A stretch of 64,000 nt of DNA from Chrysemys picta bellii (taxonomy: Eukaryota): the NCBI RefSeq assembly GCF_011386835.1, contig NC_088795.1, positions 12,276,001-12,340,000 on the forward strand, given 5' to 3'. The number at the start of each line of letters is the position of its first letter. Position 1 is the first letter of the stretch. Below, piece after piece: positions 25,964 to 39,035 of the stretch. Below the pieces are notes generated by a model. The model was not told where the DNA came from and searched no databases. It saw nothing but the letters and a program-made list of their open reading frames with translations. Made by a program: the position numbers and the translations under genes.

Positions 25964-27973
25964 ATCATAGAATCATAGAATATTAGGGTTGGAAGAGACC
26001 TCAGGAGTCATCCAGTCCAATCCCCTGCCCAAAGCAGGACCAACACCAACTAAATCATCCCAGACAGGGCTTTGTCAAGCCTGGCCTTAAAAACCTCTAG
26101 GGATGGAAATTCCACCACCTCCCTAGGTAACCCATTCCAGTGCTTCACCACCCTCCTAGTGAAATAGTGTTTCCTAATATCCAACCTAGACTTCCCCCAC
26201 TGCAACTTGAGTCCTTTGCTTCTTGTTCTGTCATCTGCCACCACTGAGAACAGCTGGGCTCCATCCTCTTTGGAACCCCCCTTCAGGTAGTTGAAGGCTG
26301 CTATCAAATCCCCCCTCACTCTTCTCTTCTGCAGATTAAATAACCCCAATTCCCTCAGCCTCCCCTCATAAGTCAAGTGCCCCAGCCCCCTAATCATTTT
26401 CGATGTCCTCTGCTGGAATCTCTCCAATTTGTCCACATCCCTTCTGTAGTGGGGGGACCAAAACTGGACGCAATACTCCAGGTGTGGCCTCACCAGTGCC
26501 AAATCTAGGGGAATAATCACTTCCCTCAATCTGCTGGCAATGCTCCTACTAATACAGCCCATTATGCCGTTGGCCTTCTTGGCAACAAGGGCATACTGCT
26601 GATTCATATCCAGCTTCTCGTCCACTGTAATCCCCAGGTCCTTTTCTGTAGAATTGGTGCTTAGCCGGTCGGTCCCCGGCTTGTAATGGAGGACGGGATT
26701 CTTTGATCCTAAGTGCAGGACTCTGCACTTGTCCTTGTTGAACCTCATCAGATTTCTTTTGGCCCAATCCTCCAATTTGTCTAGGTCACTCTGGACCGTA
26801 TCTCTACCCTCCAGTGTATCTACCTCTCCCCCCATTTTAGTGTCATCTGCAAACTTGCTGAGGGTGCAATTCATTCCATCATCCAGATCATTAATAAAGA
26901 TGTTGAACAAAACCGGCCTCAGGACTGATCCCGGGACACTCTGCTTGATGCTGGCTGCCAACTAGATCTACATCAAGTTGTTGATCACTACCCGTTAAGC
27001 CGACATTCTAGACAGCTTTCTATCCACTTTATAGTCCATTCATTCAATCCATACTTCTTTAACTTGCTAGCAAGAATACTGTGGGAGACCATATCAAAAG
27101 CTTTGCTAAAGGCAAGATATATCACATCCACCGCTTTCCCCATATCCACAGAGCCAATTATCTCATCATAGAAGGCAATCAGGTTGGTCAGCCATGACTT
27201 GCCCTTGGTGAATCCATGTTGACTGTTCCTGATCACCTTCCTCTCCTCCAAGTGCTTCAGAATGGATTCCTTGAGGACCTGCTCCATGATTTTGCCGGGG
27301 ACTGAAGTGAGGCTGACCAGTCTGAAGTTCCCTGGGTTCTCTTTCTTCCCTTTTTAAAATACGGGCACTATATTTACCTTTTTCCAATCATCCGGGACCT
27401 CCCCCGATCACCACAAATTTTCAAAGATAATCGCCAATGGCTCTGCAATCACATCAGCCAACTCCCTCAGCACCCTTGGATGCATTAGATCTGGACCCAT
27501 GGACTTGTGCATGTCCAGCTTTTCTAAATCGTCCTTAACCTGTTCTTTCACCACTGAAGGCTGCTCACCTCCTCCCCATACTGTGTTGCCCATTGCAGCA
27601 GTCTGGGAGCTGACCTTGTCTGTGAAGACTGAGGCAAAAAAAGCATTAAGTACTTCAGCTTTTTCTATATCATGTGGTTGCCTCTCCCATTCAGTAAGGG
27701 TCCCACACTTTCCCTGACCTTCTTCTTGTTGCTAACGTACCTGTAGAAACCCTTCTTGTTACCCTTCACATCCCTTGCTAGCTGCAACTCCAGTCGTGCT
27801 TTGGCCTTCCTGATTACACCCCTGCATGCTCGAGCAATATTTTTATACTCTTCCCTAGTCATCTGTCCAAGTTTCCACTTCTTGTAAGCTTCCTTTCTGA
27901 GTTTAAGCTCACCGAAGACTTCACTGTTAAGCCAAGCTGGTCACCTGCCATATTTGCTCTTCTTTCTGCACAT
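25964..27973 (-). mobile_element. 5'-truncated CR1 LINE (PsCR1-like) ORF2 with RT
   Basis: ORFs 26050-26961, 26988-27287, 27408-27593 and 27665-27862 give CR1 ORF2 motifs (QHGFTKGKS, GSVLRPVLFNIFINDL, KFADDTK, LVRPHLEYCVQFW). (ATTCTATG)n tail at the left end; frameshifted. Confidence 0.97.
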
Positions 27974-29189
27974 TCTGCTATTCTTACTGATTTAAGGAAA
28001 GGGTTTAACATTAGTTATGGATGTAGCTGTGCAGATTTTTAATTAAATGTTATTGTAATTTAGGCTACATGTCCTAAAGGACAACAGTAGTAACAGGATG
28101 CGCAGGAAGCAGGCCGAGCTTTCATTGGAGCAAATACATTCACACGGCCGTCGCTACAAAGAAAACACTGGGAGAACTGGTTCATTTAAATACTGTATCA
28201 ACAATTCTAAGCATGGGAGAACACAGGCAAATCCTGACTACAAGTGAAGAAAACAGGTATTTAACTGGTCCGCATAGCTAAGCTGTGAAACAGGTCATTA
28301 CTAATTCCATAGCAATTTCTCTTTCTGATTATAAAACAAAAAGTGTCTCAGATCACTAATTCTTCTGAGTCTTGGCTGGTAGAAGCCAGAAAACTGTATA
28401 GTACTTTTGCCTATCAAACGTCACTGCTTTAATTAGATCAGCATTGTAGATGGGAACTTGGAAAGTTAGTCCTGCTTCCTTAAACCTCATAACTAACAAT
28501 ATAAGAGAACTAATTCTTCTTCCCGGGCAATGAATGGCAAAATTCCCATTGATTTTCATGAGAGCAGGATTGAGCCCACAGCTTTTCACTGACTATAATT
28601 ACTACACAAACATACAGAGAAGTTCCAAACACTAACTTTCCCACAGAGGCTTCATGGAAAAAACAACTATATGATTAGTAAGAAGCTTTCAACATTTCAT
28701 TATATTAATAATACATTTTGCTACACTCCTACTAAACATGACTGAAATTAAGCAACACCCATTTTTACTTCATTTATAAATGACACTTCTGAAGTTCTAA
28801 CATCAAAACAATGTTGCAATAGGGTAATATCTTATTTAAAATTAAATAGCATTTGTTATTCTTTTTACTCTGCAATTATAGCGGCATATCAGTGCCGCTA
28901 TAACTAAGGAAGCATCAGTCATTCCATTATAAACCTTATTTTCAGGGGGGACATAAATTGAACCATAACTAAATTCCTCCGGGCTAAGAGTTAACGTTAG
29001 AGGTCTCAGATGAAAAGATACTTTGGTTTTCATTTATAAATGTTGATAAGCACAACCTAAATAATATGGTATACTACAAAAGGGGTCAGATATACATACC
29101 AATAATTTAAAAGAATATACAAAAAATTGTAAGTAATATACAAGTTTGGAAAATGAGGATGTATCTGCATTATTTTTTTCTAAATATCA

Positions 29190-29977
29190 TGTGTACCTCA
29201 GTTTACCTCTGTGATTTCACCCTGCCTGGCTCCACAGAATTATATCAAAGGATGCTGTTAGGGGAAAATCAATGGGAAATGAAACTATGGCAAAAATAAG
29301 GTACAGTCCAGAGAACACCACCTTGTGGAAACAATGAGGAAGCTATCAATTGGGAAATACCCCGGGCTAGATTCCAACTAGGCTGGCAAAGTTTACTCTT
29401 CCATACCTAGGATCATAGGGGATGCTAAAACCTTAAAGATGCTGGCTTAGGGAAGAAGGAGGTAGAGTTAGTTGTCAGCAGCTGCCTGGGGGGAGAAGAC
29501 TCTGACAGAGACACACTAAGAAAGCAGCACAGAAACCTCAGCAAACCGACTCTCAACCCAGAGATGGAGACAGCCAGGCAAAAGGGAACTTACAAAAGCT
29601 TGCAAGGAAAGATTATGGGGTAGGTAAAGACCTATGCGTATAAATGTTTTTGTTGTTATCCTTTGTTGTGTGAATTATGTACATTTGGCTGAATAAACAA
29701 TGCTTTCTTTTGAATAAAATATTTTTGAGTCACTTTAATCAGCAGCTGTTTCAGGCTCCCAGCGGAAAACAGTTGTCAGGTGCCAAACGCAGTTGGATCT
29801 TTTGGGTTTACATGGTTAGTAAACAGGAGACTGAAGCCCAGAGATCAAGTCTAAGAGCGGTAGGACCACAAGGTTTCACCCGAGAGGGGTGAAGGTAGCT
29901 AAACCTCTCCCCAAAGTGGTGCAAGTTGAGAGAGATTAAAAGGGATCTAAAGTGCATCTCGCCCTGTAACCGTGACA
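29190..29977 (+). mobile_element. Solo LTR-like element
   Basis: TG..CA termini (ends CTGTAACCGTGACA), TATAAA at ~29639, AATAAA at ~29691 and ~29713. Left boundary approximate. Confidence 0.55.
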
Positions 29978-30595
29978 ACATGACTGACAGAAGATACTAT
30001 TTTAATACATTGAAAAATTAATCATTGTCAACAGTTTTAAGCTATATTGGAGCAAACAAAGTTGATTTGTTTTGGATGCATTTTCTCATTAATATAACTT
30101 AAAAACCCATCCTTATCTGAAGTCAATGGAACTATTTATGTGCTTAAAGTTAAGAACGTATAAGTACTTTGCTGAATCAGGGCCTTAGGTATATGGGGGC
30201 AAAAGGGGAGGGCCTGATCCTAAGGCCAATGGTAGCAGCGGGAATTAAACAGACGCTCAGCACCTTTCAGGATTTGATCCTAATCGGTTGTGTAAATTAA
30301 TACTTATCGCTCAGTAAGATGAAGTCCAAATTAAGGGCCATACACGAATAGTCCCATTTAAGTCAATGTAATTATTTGGGAGAGAAAGACAAACTGCATT
30401 TGTCGCATAGCTTTGAAATCAAGATGAAATGGTGGTTGTTGAGACTATTCTCGGTGATGAAATATTGTGATTGGCCCAGAAAAAACAAGGGACAAGGAAG
30501 ACAGGAAGAGAAGGAGAGTTGGGATTCTGGATAGTTTGTCATACTGACACTGTGAGCTAGAAACAAACTACCATTTCTGCTTCGAGATTTGTGTT

Positions 30596-30852
30596 TCATA
30601 GAACCATAGAATATCAGGGACCTCAGGAGGTCATCTAGTCCAACCCCCTGCTCAAAGCAGGACCAACACCAACTAAATCATCCTAGCCAGGGCTTTGTCA
30701 AGCCGGGCCTTAAAACCTCTAAGGATGGAGATTCCACCACCTCCCGAGGTAACCCATTCCAGTGCTTCACCACCCTCCTAGTGAAATAGTGTTTCCTAAT
30801 ATCCAACCTAGACCTCCCCCACTGCAACTTGAGACCATTGCTTCTTGTTCTG
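30596..30852 (-). mobile_element. CR1 3' fragment
   Basis: Highly similar to the 3' end of the 25964 CR1 ([23 protein letters not shown]..). Confidence 0.93.
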
Positions 30853-31614
30853 TTTCTTAGCAAGCTTTCAGTCAGGTCCTAAGTATGGACATGTATAAAA
30901 AATTAAGACACTGCATATCATTTTAAACATTTCTATGGTCAACATTTCTTATAGAAAATTTAATTTAGTTTTAATCAACCCCTTCCTCAATACATTGTTA
31001 GAGACCACTGTCTAACTGCATCAGTTGTGCTTATCATCAGATTCAGCGCAGAGGAATATCTATCTTGGGAGACTGGTTCTGTGTTTGTGTGGAATAGATT
31101 TGTTGGTGAGTAGAGAGATTTCAAATCGTTGGTTATGCACCTAAACAAGGTAAACTTAGGAACTATACATTAACAAGACTGCTAGGATGTGGTCGAAAAA
31201 CGACAACTGCCTCCTGGCCAAATTGAACATGTTTATTTTAAGTAGGGATTGATGAATCTCAGAAGTGCAGAGTTTGGGCTAAATTTGGATAAGTATCCAA
31301 AAGTTCAGATTCTTATCCAAACAGTCTGAACCTCAAGAGTTTAAACAATTAAGCTGGAAATTTTGCAAGAACAAATATTTTCACGAGATTACGAGCATGG
31401 TGTTTTCTGCATGGAAACTGGAAGGAAACATTATTAATCCAAACATATTCGGAACACAGAAAAGATTGTTTGAGTATGATTCTAAAAAAATTAAGTGATG
31501 GTACTACGGATGAAATGGTCCATTTTCTTTTCCCCTGCCCCTTTTCCTCTCTCTCATTTTGGGCACCTTCACTGATCAGGTTATTAAGGTAAAGCATAAT
31601 ACTCTTGGACATAC

Positions 31615-31722
31615 CTCCAGGCCTTTCATGTTCTCCATCTGTATGTAAAAGCATTGAAATAGGCATTCCTACATTCTTAGATCTTCCAGCTACAACAACA
31701 TTTTTTCCAAACGTTTGTATTC
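31615..31722 (-). CDS. MTHFD2L: MTHFD2L exon 5 (108 nt)
   Basis: ctgtaag|GA ATA CAA..CCT GGA G|gtatg; (G)IQTFGKNVVVAGRSKNVGMPISMLLHTDGEHERPG (Rossmann GRS..VG motif). Confidence 0.97.
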
Positions 31723-32179
31723 CTTACAGGGAAAAACAAAATAAAAAATAATTCAGCTAGTCTAAAAGACCCAAAAAAACCTCACCACTTGAACTTGAAT
31801 ATATTTTTTCCTATTTTAGTTTTAAAATAGGTGTTTTCATAATAAGGAATTTTTGCCCTCAATTTTATATTTTTCTGCAGAACTTATCCAATTTATCACT
31901 TAAATTATCTTTCATTACTTAAAATTGAGGTTCATATAAACTCTAGTACAGGTACTTGCATATGATATTACAAAAATATGCAAAATATATTGGTGACCAT
32001 GAAATTACATCATGAAAGATCAATACATTGTTTTGACTATTCTCGCCGTGCTCAATTTATTGTACATCTACTGGCTTTAAATATCTTATTCTATCTGCAG
32101 AATACTGCTCCATCCATCTTACTATTCTTTAAATATTCTTTTAATCCTTTCTTCTCCATTCAGTCCAGTACTGTAACAT

Positions 32180-32985
32180 AAAAAAATAATATGAAGCAGT
32201 ACATGTTTGCTGCCAAGTTTTGAAATGCCAAACCAACTTTTGACAGCAGTAGTCTCTTCAGAGACTGCACTACTTCAATGCAGAGAGAACACTTCTTTCA
32301 TTTCAATTTATTCAACTAGTTAAATTCAATGATGAGTTCACTGAAAGTTAAAACATCAACTGGGAGTTGAAAAAGAAGGAAAACTTCTTTTCCTCTTCTG
32401 ATCTAGGAATAAAAACTTGGTGAAAGTGCATGGGAGCTACTAGTTCTAAAATCTGGAAGCACATGGTGACCAGAAGTAATCTGTTCAATTCACTAAACTA
32501 CAGATAATATTTACTTAGTTTATCACACGTTTTGAAAAACTTTTTTTTCTTATGCATCCAGCACATTTAAGGTAGCTTTATTTAAAAAAAAATATCTGTT
32601 TTTGTTCATTTTTAATTGAATTTGAATTTCCATCCAAATAGAATTTGGCACAAATCACAAGTAAAAAATGAATCGTCATCTAATAAATAAGAAAGGCATA
32701 ATCCTTCATTTTCTAATATAATAAAATATGTAAAAGTTAAGAATCTCAATGAATAGAAGTTAAGCTCAACTAATCGCTTAAATAAATGTATATCCTCCTG
32801 GTTAGCAAAAAGAAGCACCAAATTTAGTGAAAGGCTATATTTAGTAGCAATTCAACATGTTTTAAAAGATACCAACTAATGAGAATCAGACTTTCTTCAG
32901 GAAATAGTTTATTTAAATCAAGCTTTCCTACTTACTGATTAAAACTGATTATTTAAATCGCTTTGATTTAAATCAATCCATCCTG
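32180..32985 (+). mobile_element. hAT deletion-derivative, 3' part
   Basis: Remnant of the hAT C-terminal dimerisation region (LLTAVVSS..AER..S..NQLGVEK.GKL.FL) and right end with TGATTTAAATC repeats ending TCAATCCATCCTG. Left boundary approximate. Confidence 0.6.
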
Positions 32986-33079
32986 CTGTATTCTATCATG
33001 TAAATATCTTTGTATATGCTTTCTTGCCAGCATTCATTTTTCTTCTCCAGAGCATTTCAATAGACATTTAGTTTCCTAC

Positions 33080-33232
33080 CTGTTCTTTTTATAATTTCCC
33101 AAACAGCAGCAGCAGTGGCAGGTATTACAGAAGGTTGATCAAGACACAGTCGTCCAATGTTGATAATATGGAATCCATCCACATCCTTTTCAGGTGCAAC
33201 AATATTGCAGACTGTTCGTTCATCTATATGAT
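33080..33232 (-). CDS. MTHFD2L: MTHFD2L exon 4 (153 nt)
   Basis: ttttccag|AT CAT ATA..AGA ACA G|gtagg; (D)HIDERTVCNIVAPEKDVDGFHIINIGRLCLDQPSVIPATAAAVWEIIKRT. Confidence 0.97.
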
Positions 33233-33711
33233 CTGGAAAATTGTTATTTAAAAATTATATTTCTTCTCAGCTGTCAGCAGAAGTGAGCACTCCCAGCCCA
33301 AATATTTTATTTTTAAGGAAAACCACATGTATTTTATTCAGTTCAACAGTCTGTCAGGTCACCATTATTATTCACCATGACTAAACTGCCAGCCTGATCT
33401 GGGGGAAAAATCCTTGCTAACCCCACATATGGCAATCAGTAGTTTAACTGAGATCTATTTCAAAACAGATTTAGTTAAATTATCACATCTTTTGTACTAC
33501 AGACAAGCCCAGATACCTCGTGAGTTAAAATTTAAATCTGTTATTAAAATATAGTGTTCATTGGTCTGTGTGAAAATAGTGTAGTGGTTTCAGTCCAGGT
33601 TCCAGTGGATTGATGTCTGCAACACTCAGAAACCACCACCATAAATGACACACTAAACAGAGTAGTGAAGGACCAAATGAGAAAGGAGAGTGAATTACCC
33701 TCTCGCTCTTA

Positions 33712-33998
33712 GGGTATGTCTACATTACCCGCCAGATCGGTGGGCAGTGATCAATCCAGTGGGGATCGATTTATTGCATCTAGTCTAGACGCGATAAATC
33801 AACCCCTGAGCGCTCTCCCGTTGACTCCTGTACTCCAGCACCGCGAGAGGCGCAGGCAGAGTCGACGGGGGAGCGGCAGCAGTCGACTCACCGCAGTAAG
33901 TCGATCTAAGTACGTCGATTTCAGCTACATTATTCACGTAGCTGAAGTTGCGTAACTTAGATCGATTCCCCCCTCCGCCCCCCAGTGTAGACCAGGGC
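33712..33998. mobile_element. Harbinger MITE (family A, inverted orientation)
   Basis: GGGTATGTCTACATTA / AGTGTAGACCAGGGC; perfect TTA TSD at 33709-33711 and 33999-34001. Confidence 0.92.
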
Positions 33999-34001
33999 TT
34001 A

Positions 34002-34233
34002 GGATATGTACACAACCACTTATCTCAGCAGATGTTGCTCAGGGGTGTGTAAAAAACACCTCCCTCAGCGGCATAAGTTACACTGACATAAGCGCTGGTG
34101 TGGACAGTGCTACGTTGGCGGGAGACACGCTTGTTGGGGGTGGTTTAATTATGTCAATGGGAGAGCACAGAGCAGCTACATGAGAGATCTTGGTGCAGCT
34201 GTGCTCTGTAAGCTGCCTAGTGTAGACAATGCC
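34002..34233. mobile_element. Harbinger MITE abutting the previous one
   Basis: GGATATGTACACA / AGTGTAGACAATGCC; flanked by TTA at 33999-34001 and 34234-34236; interior resembles the 1767 and 36056 family. Confidence 0.8.
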
Positions 34234-34733
34234 TTAGAGGTGGCCCCTCTAGATCACTGCAGAGGCCTAAAGGCAGGGCTCTGCAAGAAAGAGGGGAGTT
34301 TACAAAGCCACTACTATAACTGTTCTGAGTATATAGAGAGGACTTCAATCCCCAGGCTTTGAGGCGGCACCTTTCACCAGTTCTAAATTCACAAGAAATA
34401 CTTAATGAACAACTCTCACCTCCACCCTTGAATCTGTTAATATCGCTGCTGCTGCTTTTCAGACAAAAACAACGACTCTAGAGCTAAAAGCCAGCACACT
34501 CCAATCTATTCCCAGAGTCAATCATTAGTCAGTAAATCAGACTTTGTCCTCCTTACTTATGTTACACTGCCATCATGTGGCCAATTCATTTCACTGATTG
34601 AAAACGGCTGAAATTAATATTAGATAACAATGAAGTTTTGCACTTTAAAACGAACAAAAAACCAACACTTTCCAGCCACAGATCTCGAAACAACTTAAGA
34701 GATATTAAACCTCAAAACCCTTTGTGAAATATA

Positions 34734-34845
34734 GATTATTTATTCCCATTTTACAGATGGGGCAACTAAGGCACAGAGAGGTGTCCAAGGTCAAAGAGCA
34801 AGACTGGTGGCAAAGGTGGAAACCTGATCTGACTCACAGTCCTGT
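34734..34845 (-). mobile_element. MIR/CORE-SINE fragment
   Basis: TTATTCCCATTTTACAGATGGGGCAACTAAGGCACAGAGAG..CCAAGGTCA core signature. Confidence 0.75.
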
Positions 34846-34847
34846 GC

Positions 34848-36055
34848 TTTATTACTATTATTTGTATTACAGCAGACCTTAGACACCCCAGTCAGGGCCC
34901 AATTCTGCTAGGCACTGTACACATGTGTACCAAAAAGACAGTTTCTGCCCTTAAGAGCTCACAATCTAAGTGCATGATGAGACAGCAGATGGACACAACA
35001 GAGGGGAACACAAGGCAACAGATTATGATCAGTTCAGTAAGCAGTAGTCGCAGCGCACCAACTGCCTAGTCATTGCTGAGTGTTTTGTAGGCATCACCGC
35101 ATGGGTGGGCTTTTAGGAGAGACGTAAAGGAGGATAACATAAAGGCTTTGTGAATTTTTACACATAGCTCATTCTAAGCATAAGAGAACATGAGAAAAAG
35201 CATGAAGCTGTTTGAAGGAAAATTGGACTAATGGGTGATAAAGGTTAGCACTGTTGGCGGAACAGAGGTGAGGTTGACCACTTGATAGCATACAAGACGC
35301 GATAGGTAGGACTGAGATATGCCATAAAAAGGCCTTAAAAGTGAAGACAAACCATTTGTTTTATGTGGTGGAGAAGGGGGAACCAATGGAGGAATGCAAA
35401 AGGAAGTGACAGAGCAACAAGTCAAGAAAATTATCGTTGCGGCAGTGTTTTGAGTGTATTTAATGGGTGGTAGGCAAGGTGACTTTTATCAAGACTCGAA
35501 AGAAAGAGGTTGCCGTAGTCAAGTTGGGAGATGCTGAGATCCTGGCATGAGAGTTTTAGCTGTGTTGACGAGAAGAGAAGCTGAATCTTACGGTATGCCT
35601 ACATTGTGAGCTAGCGGTGTGATACCCACCTCACATACATATACTTGCACTAGCTCTCTTTGCGCTAGCATGCTAAAAACAGTAGAACAGGCATGGTAAC
35701 ATGGACAGTGGCAAGTGATGGCACAGGCTAGCTGCCCAGAATATGTACCCACAGGATTCAGGCAAATTTGTATTCCAGGCAGCTAGTGGCTACATTACTA
35801 TTTTTAGTGCGTTAGCTCGAAAAGAGCTAGCACAAGTATGCGTACAGAAGCTGCGTATCACACCCCTAGCTCGTAGTGTAGACATATCTTTAGAGACATT
35901 GTCCAGAAAGAAGCAGCAAGATTTAAATGTAGCCTGGATGTGTGGATCTAGAAAGAGGGCAGAGTCAAAAGAAGATGCCAGGATAAAGTGACAAGGAGGA
36001 CTACAGGGTTGTCCTTGGTGACAGAGAAATGTTGGGATGTAGAAGAGTAGTTTGG
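34848..36055 (-). mobile_element. L2 LINE 3' portion
   Basis: L2 tail (TATTATTTGTATTACAG..CTAGGCACTGTACA..AAGAGCTCACAATCTAA) followed by purine-rich antisense RT remnant; interrupted by the MITE at 35591. Confidence 0.7.
35591..35889. mobile_element. Harbinger MITE inserted in L2
   Basis: TTA + CGGTATGCCTACATT / AGTGTAGACATATC + TTA; GCTAGC repeats inside. Confidence 0.7.
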
Positions 36056-36268
36056 GAGGATGTCTACACTGTAGACCTTACAGCCGCTGTACGGTCTCCT
36101 GTGTAGCAGCTCTATGCCAGCAGGAGAGAGCTCTCCTGTCGGCATAATTAAACCACCCCTAACGAGGGCAGTAGCTAGGTCAGCGGAAGAGTCGGTCAGG
36201 GTGTGCTTTTTTCATACCCCTCACCGACAAAAGTTTTGTTGACAAAAGTACTAATGTAGACATAGCCC
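36056..36268. mobile_element. Harbinger MITE
   Basis: GGATGTCTACACT / AATGTAGACATAGCC; same interior as 1767-1971. Confidence 0.78.
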
Positions 36269-36892
36269 TAAGAAGCTTGCTTTAACCATGATACCATGTT
36301 TCCTCTGGAAAAAAACTTAAATCTCTCATTTCTATTCTAGCTACTATTTTATCAAATGATGTTTTTCTTTGGAAGCTATACAATAGCTGTAATTAGTTAT
36401 TGATTTGTTAATTAGTTGGATACTGGTTTGTTTTCACATGGGGAAAAAAACATGCAGAAAATGCTGTCCAAAGCCTATGATTAGCAGGTCTGAAGGGGTC
36501 ACCTTTAATGAAAAACCTTATTAGCAGAACAAGTAATCTAAAAACAGAACAAAACAAAACAAAACCCCACTTGCATATCCCATGAAAATGATAAAGTTGG
36601 CCATGGTCAAGTAGAAAACAGAAAGGTGTTTGACTCAGTGCAATCAATACAAAATTTTCTGGGATGCTAATTAAGAAACAGCAAGTACTTTATTTAAAAT
36701 GTTTGTGCTTTGCGATGGAGGGGAATACACAGCAGCTGCCAAATGCCAGTATAACACACAGCACCCCAAAATGAATAGGGGGGGGACCAGGATCCTACCT
36801 CTCCCCCACACACTGGGACTCAAGCAAAGGATTCTGTCTAAAAGATAAAGGCCTAAAATGGTTAAATCTCTTGACATTTGTACTACCAGACT

Positions 36893-36973
36893 GCATAGAT
36901 TCATAGATTCATAGATTATAGGACTGGAAGGGACCTCGAGAGGTCATCGAGTCCAGTCCCCTGCCCGCATGGC
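36893..36973 (-). mobile_element. CR1-type 3' tail fragment
   Basis: (CATAGATT)3 tail plus GGACTGGAAGGGACCTCGAGAGGTCATCGAGTCCAGTCCCCTGCC. Confidence 0.85.
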
Positions 36974-37515
36974 ATCTATCATAGTATCCCTGGGAGTGCA
37001 CTGAGCTATATAAACATGGACATCTCATATGCTTGTCCCACTCTGCACATGCATCCATCTGAGAGCCACCTATGAAGGGACCCCTCCATGCACACCTATA
37101 CCGGGGTCACATTAACCAATGCTTTCTGGAGCTCCACTTGTGCAAATTAACAGGTAATTGAAGCAAATCATTAAGTAGTTCAAAGTACTTCTATCAAGTA
37201 CTTCTATCTATTTACTACTTGTACAATTAGGACTTCCCTGGGGTCAGAAACAGTGAAGCAGTTAGCAAAGCAATCACATCTTCTATTTCTAATGGCCCAT
37301 TTTTATAATTACCGTTGCTCATATAGGTGTGTGTTACATAAATAGTTTTTATTATAACAATTATATTTTAATATTATAAAGTATTTTCCATGATACACAT
37401 TTAATTACTATATTGTGTCTGTGCAGTGTTCCAATACCTTTGGAAAAGAAAGAGATTGCAGAATATAAAAACACCAAAGAAAAAGCAGGTTCTGTCCTTC
37501 CAACAGTTACAGTCC

Positions 37516-37540
37516 AATAAATAAATAAATAAATAAATAA
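37516..37540. repeat. (AAAT)n microsatellite
   Basis: About six AAAT units. Confidence 0.9.
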
Positions 37541-38097
37541 GAGGCTCTTTGTGGCTGACCATCCGTTGTTAATTCATTCTAGAGAAGCTACATAGACCTA
37601 GCATTCCCAGATCTCAAAGCAAAGACATTTCGTGTGCGTGCGTGCATGTGAAATCATATGAAAATACCATAGGAACAGATTCTCTACCAGACAAGGAAAG
37701 AGATGCAACTGAATCTCTTAGCTGTGTAAGGAAGAATATTGCCTCATCTTTGAGAGCACCCAAAAGAACCAAATTACCTTGGGAAAAGGCTAGTGTTTAT
37801 TTTTAAAAAATGAATTGCATACTTAATGCAAAAAACACAGTGCTCAAATACAGAAGGGGGGACAACTGGCTTGACAACAGCACTACTGATAAGGATCTGG
37901 GAGTTGTGGTGGATCACAAGCTCAACATGAGTCAGCAATGCGATGCTGTTGCCAAAAAAAAAAAAAAAGCAAATGCAATTTTAGGTTGCATTAACATAGG
38001 CATAGCATGCAAGTCACAGAGGTGATAATACTGCTCTACTCAGCGGTGGTTAGGCTCAGCTGGAGTACTGTGTCCAATTTTGGTCACCAGTATATAA

Positions 38098-38258
38098 AAT
38101 CACAGAATCATAGAAGATGAGGTCTCTTCCAACCCTAAGGAGGTCATCTAGTCCAACCTCCTGCTCAAAGCAGGACCAATCCCAACTAAATCATCTCACC
38201 CAGGACTTTGTCAAGCCAGGCCTTAAAAACCTCTAAGCATGGAGATTCCACCACCTCT
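38098..38258 (-). mobile_element. Younger CR1 3' fragment nested in the older CR1
   Basis: AATCACAGAATCATAGAA tail and sequence near-identical to 30596-30740, in opposite orientation to its host. Confidence 0.85.
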
Positions 38259-38330
38259 GCAGAGAAACTGGAAAGAATCCAGAGGTGAGTGTCAAAGATG
38301 ATCAAAGAGATGGAATGCAAGCCATGCGAA

Positions 38331-39035
38331 TAGGGTCCTACCAAATTCGCGGTCCATTTTGGTCAATTTCATGGTCATAAGATTTTAAAAATCGTAAATT
38401 TCCTGAGTAGAAATCTACTCTTTAAAGCTGAAATTTCATGGTGTAATTGTAGGGGTCCTGACCCAGAAAGGAGTTGGGTGGGTGCTTTGCAAGATTATTG
38501 TTGGGGGGCTTGAGATACTGCTACCCTTACTTCTTTGCTGCTGCTGGCAGCAGCACTGCTTTCAGAGCTGGGCAGCTGGAGACCAGTGGCTGCTGGCCAG
38601 GAGCCCAGCTCTGAAGGCAGAGCCACTACCAGCAGCAGCACAGAAGTAAGGTTTGCTGGGCCCTCAGTAAACAGCCGCCACACTCTGGCCGCCCAGGTCT
38701 GAAGGCAGCAGCGCAGAAGTAAGGATGGCATGGTATGGTATCGCCACGCTTACTTCTGTGCTGCTGCTGTCGGGGCACTGCCTTCAGACCTGGGTGCCTG
38801 GCCAACAGCTGCCGCTCTCCAGCTGCCCAGCTCTGAAGGCAGTGTAAAAGTAATCCCCCTAAAATAACCTTGTGACCTCCCCCTCCCCCCCGCTGCAGCT
38901 CCCTTTTGGGTCAGGACCCCCAATTTGAGAAATGCTGATCTCCCCTGTGAAATCTGTATAGTATAGGGTAAAAGCACACAAAAAGGCCAGATTTCATGGT
39001 CTGTGATGCATGGCCACGAATTTGGTAGGGCCCTA
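38331..39035. mobile_element. Non-autonomous hAT element
   Basis: TIRs TAGGGTCCTACCAAATTCGCGG / CCACGAATTTGGTAGGGCCCTA; 8-bp TSD CATGCGAA / CATATGAA; internal CTTACTTCTG..GCTGCTGC repeats. Confidence 0.88.
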
